Source: Nitrosospira multiformis ATCC 25196
GTDB taxonomy: Bacteria > Pseudomonadota > Gammaproteobacteria > Burkholderiales > Nitrosomonadaceae
Direction: 5' to 3'
NCBI RefSeq assembly: GCF_000196355.1
Contig: NC_007614.1
Coordinates: 750,001-782,000 of the forward strand
Length of the DNA stretch: 32,000 nt
This document shows, in pieces, positions 27,961-32,000 of this stretch. Under the pieces are notes generated by a model. The model was not told where the DNA came from and ran no database searches. It saw only the letters and a list, made by a program, of their open reading frames with translations. Numbering within the stretch: the first letter of the stretch is position 1; each line of letters starts with the position of its first letter. A program made the position numbers and the translations under genes.

Positions 27961-29508
27961 ATGATGAAAAATATACATATCCTTATCCTGAGTACAGGAT
28001 TCCTCAGCTTGAGTGCGGGAATGAATGTTGTCTTGGGTCAGGACGATCACGCGAAGAATTCCGCAAATCGTGCCCCGCATGATGCGGTTGAAGATGCCCA
28101 GACCCCTCGCCGCGTCTCTGCCACCCGTCCGGAGCAGAAAAAAGACGAACACGATCGTTCCAATATATTTGATGCAAAGAATGCAATGCCTTCCTCGCAA
28201 GCTTTTGGGAATCAGCCTGACAACGGAAAGGTTATGGGATTTGATTTTTCCCGGGATGCGTTCAACGCCAAGAAGCCGATGCAAACCTTTGAGGAAATCA
28301 TGAAAGCGGATATGGCTGAGCGACCAAAGGTAATGCAAACGCAGCGTGAATTGCTGCAGCGGCGGTATGATTTGAAGCCTCGGCTGGATAAGGAGGCAAA
28401 AATGTCGCGCGGCAAGCCGTTGGCGGTGGGGCCCACGGCACGCTTATCGTCCGGCATGACGTGGCAAAGACTCGCCGGAATCGCGCCTGAAGAGATAAAG
28501 AGCAAAAACGCATTTCCGTATCCAGCCCTTCCGCATCCCAAGCAATCCACGGGAGGGCAGGTGTTTCCCCAAATGCAGATCGATATGTTTCCTCGGCTGC
28601 AAAGGTTTGATGTCGATTTCGATTTGCCCGAGGCATTCTTGCCGGAGTTTCCACCAGCGATATTTCTCCAGAATCGACCTGAGTTAGGGGATGTGTCGCG
28701 TGGAGAGGTGGTTTCCATCAATAATTTTCACAGGTTATTCAAGGACATCCTGACCCCCGTACAGCTCAACGGGTTGCAGATGTTACTCACGCCACTGCCT
28801 CAGGAAGAATTTAATCCGACGGATGATCGTAAAAGTAACGAACCGAGTCTTGGAGTAGCTTGCCTCGATTGCCATGTCAACGGCCACACGACAGGGCAAT
28901 TTCATCTGAGTCCCGATATCCGCCCGGAAGAACGCCGATTCCGTCTCGACACGGTAAGCCTGCGCGGTATGTATAACCAGCAGATACACGGTTCGAAACG
29001 TAGCTTGCGTTCAGTGGAAGACTTCACGGAGTTCGAGTTCCGGACTGCTTATTTCAATGGCGATCCGATCCGGGCAATGAAAAAAGGCTTTCCCGTATTT
29101 GACCGGATTCATGTAAGTCATATGGCACAGCTTCAGAACATGTTCGATTTCCCGCCTGCGCCAAAACTCAAGAGTGACGGGAGACTTGATCCGGCCAAAG
29201 CCACGGAAAAGGAAAGGCGCGGGGAGAAACTCTTCTTCGGAAAGGGGCAGTGCGCAAGCTGCCACCAGCCTCCCGCATTCCTGGATCACCAAATGCATGA
29301 TCTGAAGCTCGAACGCTTCCTGAATGAACCGGGGGATGGGCCGATAAAGACTTTCACACTGCGGGGGATCAAGGACAGTCCGCCATACCTGCATGATGGC
29401 CGTTTGCTGACCCTTGAAGATACAGTCGAGTTTTTCAATCTGGTACTGGAGCTCAAGCTCACAGACGAGGAGAAGTCCGATCTGGTCGCGTATATGCGTC
29501 AACTGTAA
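27961..29508 (+). CDS. Diheme cytochrome c, peroxidase/MauG-like C-terminal region
   Basis: 515 aa, signal peptide, AGGAGG RBS, two heme motifs CLDCH (28861-28875) and CASCH (29251-29265), C-terminal FTLRGIKDSPPYLHDGRLLTLEDTVEFFN. Confidence 0.8.
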   Translation: MMKNIHILILSTGFLSLSAGMNVVLGQDDHAKNSANRAPHDAVEDAQTPRRVSATRPEQKKDEHDRSNIFDAKNAMPSSQAFGNQPDNGKVMGFDFSRDAFNAKKPMQTFEEIMKADMAERPKVMQTQRELLQRRYDLKPRLDKEAKMSRGKPLAVGPTARLSSGMTWQRLAGIAPEEIKSKNAFPYPALPHPKQSTGGQVFPQMQIDMFPRLQRFDVDFDLPEAFLPEFPPAIFLQNRPELGDVSRGEVVSINNFHRLFKDILTPVQLNGLQMLLTPLPQEEFNPTDDRKSNEPSLGVACLDCHVNGHTTGQFHLSPDIRPEERRFRLDTVSLRGMYNQQIHGSKRSLRSVEDFTEFEFRTAYFNGDPIRAMKKGFPVFDRIHVSHMAQLQNMFDFPPAPKLKSDGRLDPAKATEKERRGEKLFFGKGQCASCHQPPAFLDHQMHDLKLERFLNEPGDGPIKTFTLRGIKDSPPYLHDGRLLTLEDTVEFFNLVLELKLTDEEKSDLVAYMRQL

Positions 29509-29608
29509 TTGATGCCCGCAAGGGAGCATATCTTTCGAATTTCGCACTTTTGTAACGTCATCAGTATATATAGAGATGATGTAAATGCAGTTTTAGGGGA
29601 GATCACTC

Positions 29609-30658
29609 ATGAGCATTACCGCCACGCCTGTAATGAACCGGAAAGATGTACTTTCGTTGACTGCTGGACCCGCTGTTCGCAAATCCCCGCGAGCGGTCCG
29701 CAAGGCTGTGTTTCCCGTAGCCGGACTTGGCACCCGTTTCCTGCCCGCGACCAAGGCAGTGGCCAAAGAAATGCTGCCCATTGTGGACAAGCCGTTGATC
29801 CAGTATGCGGTGGAAGAAGCGGCTGCGGCAGGTATCGAAGAAATCATTTTCATTACCCATCGGAGCAAGCGCGCCATTGAAGACCATCTGCACCGGGCTG
29901 TGGAACTGGAAAGTGAATTAGCCTCGCAGGGAAAACACGCTTCCCTGAAAATGCTGCGCCAGTTGACGCCGGGTGGCCTTCATTTCAGCTTTGTCCGGCA
30001 GGAGGAGCCGCGGGGTTTGGGGCATGCAATTTACTGCGCGCGACATCTCGTGGGCAACGAACCGTTCGCCGTACTGCTTCCGGACGATTTGATCGATGGA
30101 GATCCTCCTGTGCTGGCACAGATGGTGTCCCAGTATGAACAAGTCCAAAGCAGCCTCATAGCGGTGCGCGAGGTTACGCGCGAACAGACGCGGCGGTATG
30201 GAATTGTGGATGCTTTTGATGCAGAGGCAGAGAGCGATACGCTGAAAATCAGGGGGGTAGTGGAAAAACCTTCTCCTGACGCTGCGCCATCCACGATGGC
30301 TATCGTAGGTCGTTACGTTCTGTCACCCGCCATTTTTGACTGCATCAGCAATCTCAACCCGGGAACAGGAGGGGAAATTCAGCTTACCGACGGAATCTCC
30401 CGTCTTCTCAAGCTGGAATCTGTCCTGGCCTACCGTTACCAGGGGAAGCATTATGATTGCGGCAGCAAGGCGGGCTTCCTGGAGGCAACCATCGCCTATG
30501 GTTTGCAGCACCCGGAAGTGGCGATGGAGTTCAGGGAAACCTTATTAAAGATAGGACAGGAACTTATTCGCCAGGAGCTCATTCAGGAGTTTCAACAGGA
30601 TCCGGAACCTGTCGCCGCTGTTGCAAACGAGCCCATATTGAAGGCGGCTCAGGCATGA
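29609..30658 (+). CDS. galU: UTP--glucose-1-phosphate uridylyltransferase
   Basis: KAVFPVAGLGTRFLPATKAVAKEMLPIVDKPLIQYAVEEA..., FAVLLPDDLID, GTGGEIQLTDGI; GGGGAG RBS before ATG. Confidence 0.95.
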   Translation: MSITATPVMNRKDVLSLTAGPAVRKSPRAVRKAVFPVAGLGTRFLPATKAVAKEMLPIVDKPLIQYAVEEAAAAGIEEIIFITHRSKRAIEDHLHRAVELESELASQGKHASLKMLRQLTPGGLHFSFVRQEEPRGLGHAIYCARHLVGNEPFAVLLPDDLIDGDPPVLAQMVSQYEQVQSSLIAVREVTREQTRRYGIVDAFDAEAESDTLKIRGVVEKPSPDAAPSTMAIVGRYVLSPAIFDCISNLNPGTGGEIQLTDGISRLLKLESVLAYRYQGKHYDCGSKAGFLEATIAYGLQHPEVAMEFRETLLKIGQELIRQELIQEFQQDPEPVAAVANEPILKAAQA

Positions 30659-30869
30659 TCGATTGCCTGAGAAAGTGCCAATTCTTCAAAGACTAACCTG
30701 CCTGCCTTGCTCGCTCGACTCCATTTCGGGTCGTGCGCGCCATCTTGGAGATCAGGGAGGCTCATCACCTCCCGTATCTTCTTAAAGCACTTCTTTCAGT
30801 TCCGCCTGCAGCCCTTCGTCTTTGCCAGCAAGAGGGAAATGAAGGGAAATGAGGAATGCTCTTTTCTTT

Positions 30870-31739
30870 TTATTTGGCCGGATCAGCTTTGGTCGCCATC
30901 GTTTCCCCGAACCGTATGGTTCGGCCGGGGGCCCAGGCGGGATTAAACGCTATTTCGTTTTTCGGGAATAACATTACCACTGTTGATCCCAATTGGAATC
31001 TGCCCATCTCATCCCCTTTTTTGAGCACCAGATCCGCAGAGTCATATCGCCACTCCTGTACATCGCGCGCCCCTTCTGAATCCCGCGGGTTGACCACTCC
31101 ATGCCATACGGTGGCTACACTCCCGACAATAGTGGCGCCTACCAGCACTAAAGCAAATGGCCCGAATTCCGATTCAAATATGCAAATCACCCTCTCGTTG
31201 CGTGCAAACAACCCCGGGACGCCGCGGACCGTTTTCGCGTTCACGGAGAACAGATCTCCCGGAACATAGATCATTCGGCTCACGCGTGCATCTACGGGCA
31301 TGTGGACCCGGTGATAATCCCTCGGGCTCAGATACAGGGTGGCAAAGTTGCCCCCATAGAATTTTTCCGCCAGCCGGGTATCCCCTCCCAGCAGCGCGGC
31401 GGCGGAATAATTGTGTCCCTTGGCCTGAAATATCTGGTCGCCGGAAATGACGCCGAGCTGGCTTATGACGCCGTCGGCTGGACAAACATAATCGGCATCA
31501 GATATCGGACGGTTTTCCAGAAGCAGCGGACGGGTAAAAAACTCGTTGAAGGTTCGATAGCTGCGAATATCCGGGTTAATCGCTTCATTCATATTCACCC
31601 CGTAGCGCCAGACAAACCAACGGATAAGAAGCGTGGTGAGATTGCCGGCCTCAGCATTGGCAATACGTCCGGCCAGCAGTGTCAGCGCATGTTTAGGCAA
31701 TAAGTACTGAGGAAATACAGAAAGAGAAGCTGTCTGCAT
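30870..31739 (-). CDS. psd: Phosphatidylserine decarboxylase proenzyme
   Basis: 289 aa; [22 protein letters not shown], autocleavage motif [11 protein letters not shown]. Confidence 0.93.
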   Translation of the reverse strand: MQTASLSVFPQYLLPKHALTLLAGRIANAEAGNLTTLLIRWFVWRYGVNMNEAINPDIRSYRTFNEFFTRPLLLENRPISDADYVCPADGVISQLGVISGDQIFQAKGHNYSAAALLGGDTRLAEKFYGGNFATLYLSPRDYHRVHMPVDARVSRMIYVPGDLFSVNAKTVRGVPGLFARNERVICIFESEFGPFALVLVGATIVGSVATVWHGVVNPRDSEGARDVQEWRYDSADLVLKKGDEMGRFQLGSTVVMLFPKNEIAFNPAWAPGRTIRFGETMATKADPAK

Positions 31740-31767
31740 GGCAATTTTTGAGATAGAAATAGAGGCT

Positions 31768-31773
31768 ATTATA
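31768..31773 (-). promoter_or_regulatory. Candidate -10 element upstream of psd
   Basis: Minus strand reads ACTATAATAG about 30 nt before the psd ATG; no good -35 seen. Confidence 0.3.
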
Positions 31774-31925
31774 GTGTATTAAGCGATCAATCTTCGTGAC
31801 CCGGGTTTACTCCAACTCGCGTCAACCAGATGTCATAATATCCATTCCCCCTGGGCGCGAACCTCCTATTATAGCCTGTGTCCCAGGCCGCCGCTTACAA
31901 GTTGAAGTCTGGTTTGTTCTTCCTG

Positions 31926-31954
31926 TTGCTGCAGTTCCCACATATAAGTATAGG
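31926..31954 (+). promoter_or_regulatory. Candidate sigma70 promoter for the CDS at the right edge
   Basis: TTGCTG (31926-31931) N17 TATAGG (31949-31954). Confidence 0.3.
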
Positions 31955-31979
31955 CTCCATTCATCGCCAGGAGTTCCCG

Positions 31980-32000
31980 GTGAGTACCGCGCTCAACGAT
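31980..32000 (+). CDS. Start of a CDS running off the window (VSTALND...)
   Basis: GTG at 31980 preceded by AGGAG with 6-nt spacing, frame open to window end; too short to identify. Confidence 0.4.

Noticed and set aside
30755-30773. GGGAGG-CTCATCA-CCTCCC hairpin downstream of galU
   Set aside because: Possible weak terminator, but no T-run; not called.
1-32000. CRISPR arrays, tRNA/rRNA genes, transposases, integrases, phage or toxin-antitoxin modules
   Set aside because: Looked for direct-repeat arrays, tRNA-like ends and hallmark proteins; none seen. The YqjE 'phage holin family' label is a domain name for a chromosomal housekeeping protein, not evidence of prophage.

Overview
The window looks like an ordinary housekeeping chromosomal segment from a betaproteobacterium; Nitrosospira/Nitrosomonadales is my guess from protein style and gene order. 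From left to right: a 3'-truncated shikimate kinase gene (minus); a small EF-hand protein; a YqjD/YqjE/YqjK-like membrane-protein cluster with an unannotated 25-26 aa membrane peptide; the long plus-strand run rpsB-tsf-pyrH-frr-uppS-cdsA-dxr-rseP-bamA-skp-fabZ-rnhB; a slyD-type PPIase; a minus-strand run suhB / GH63-like glucosidase / mutS; trmJ-like methyltransferase; iscR plus an IscS/NifS-type cysteine desulfurase; mlaA; a DUF4870-like membrane protein; a Crp/Fnr regulator; a large diheme peroxidase-like cytochrome; galU; psd (minus); and the start of a further CDS at the right edge. I found no tRNA/rRNA, CRISPR array, mobile element, phage or defence island, and no convincing new multi-gene system. 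The points worth a second look are: (i) lpxD, lpxA and lpxB are absent from their usual places around fabZ; (ii) the dxr-rseP gap holds a GTG-started 102-aa ORF that overlaps the rseP start by ATGA; (iii) iscR has a long leader with an IscR-site-like promoter and a 44-aa upstream ORF overlapping the iscR start; (iv) rpsB has a long leader with an extended -10 promoter, and there is an attenuator-like element before tsf; (v) a diheme cytochrome has a roughly 300-aa heme-free N-terminal part; (vi) a short membrane peptide follows the yqjDEK-like genes. All coordinates and foldings were read by eye.
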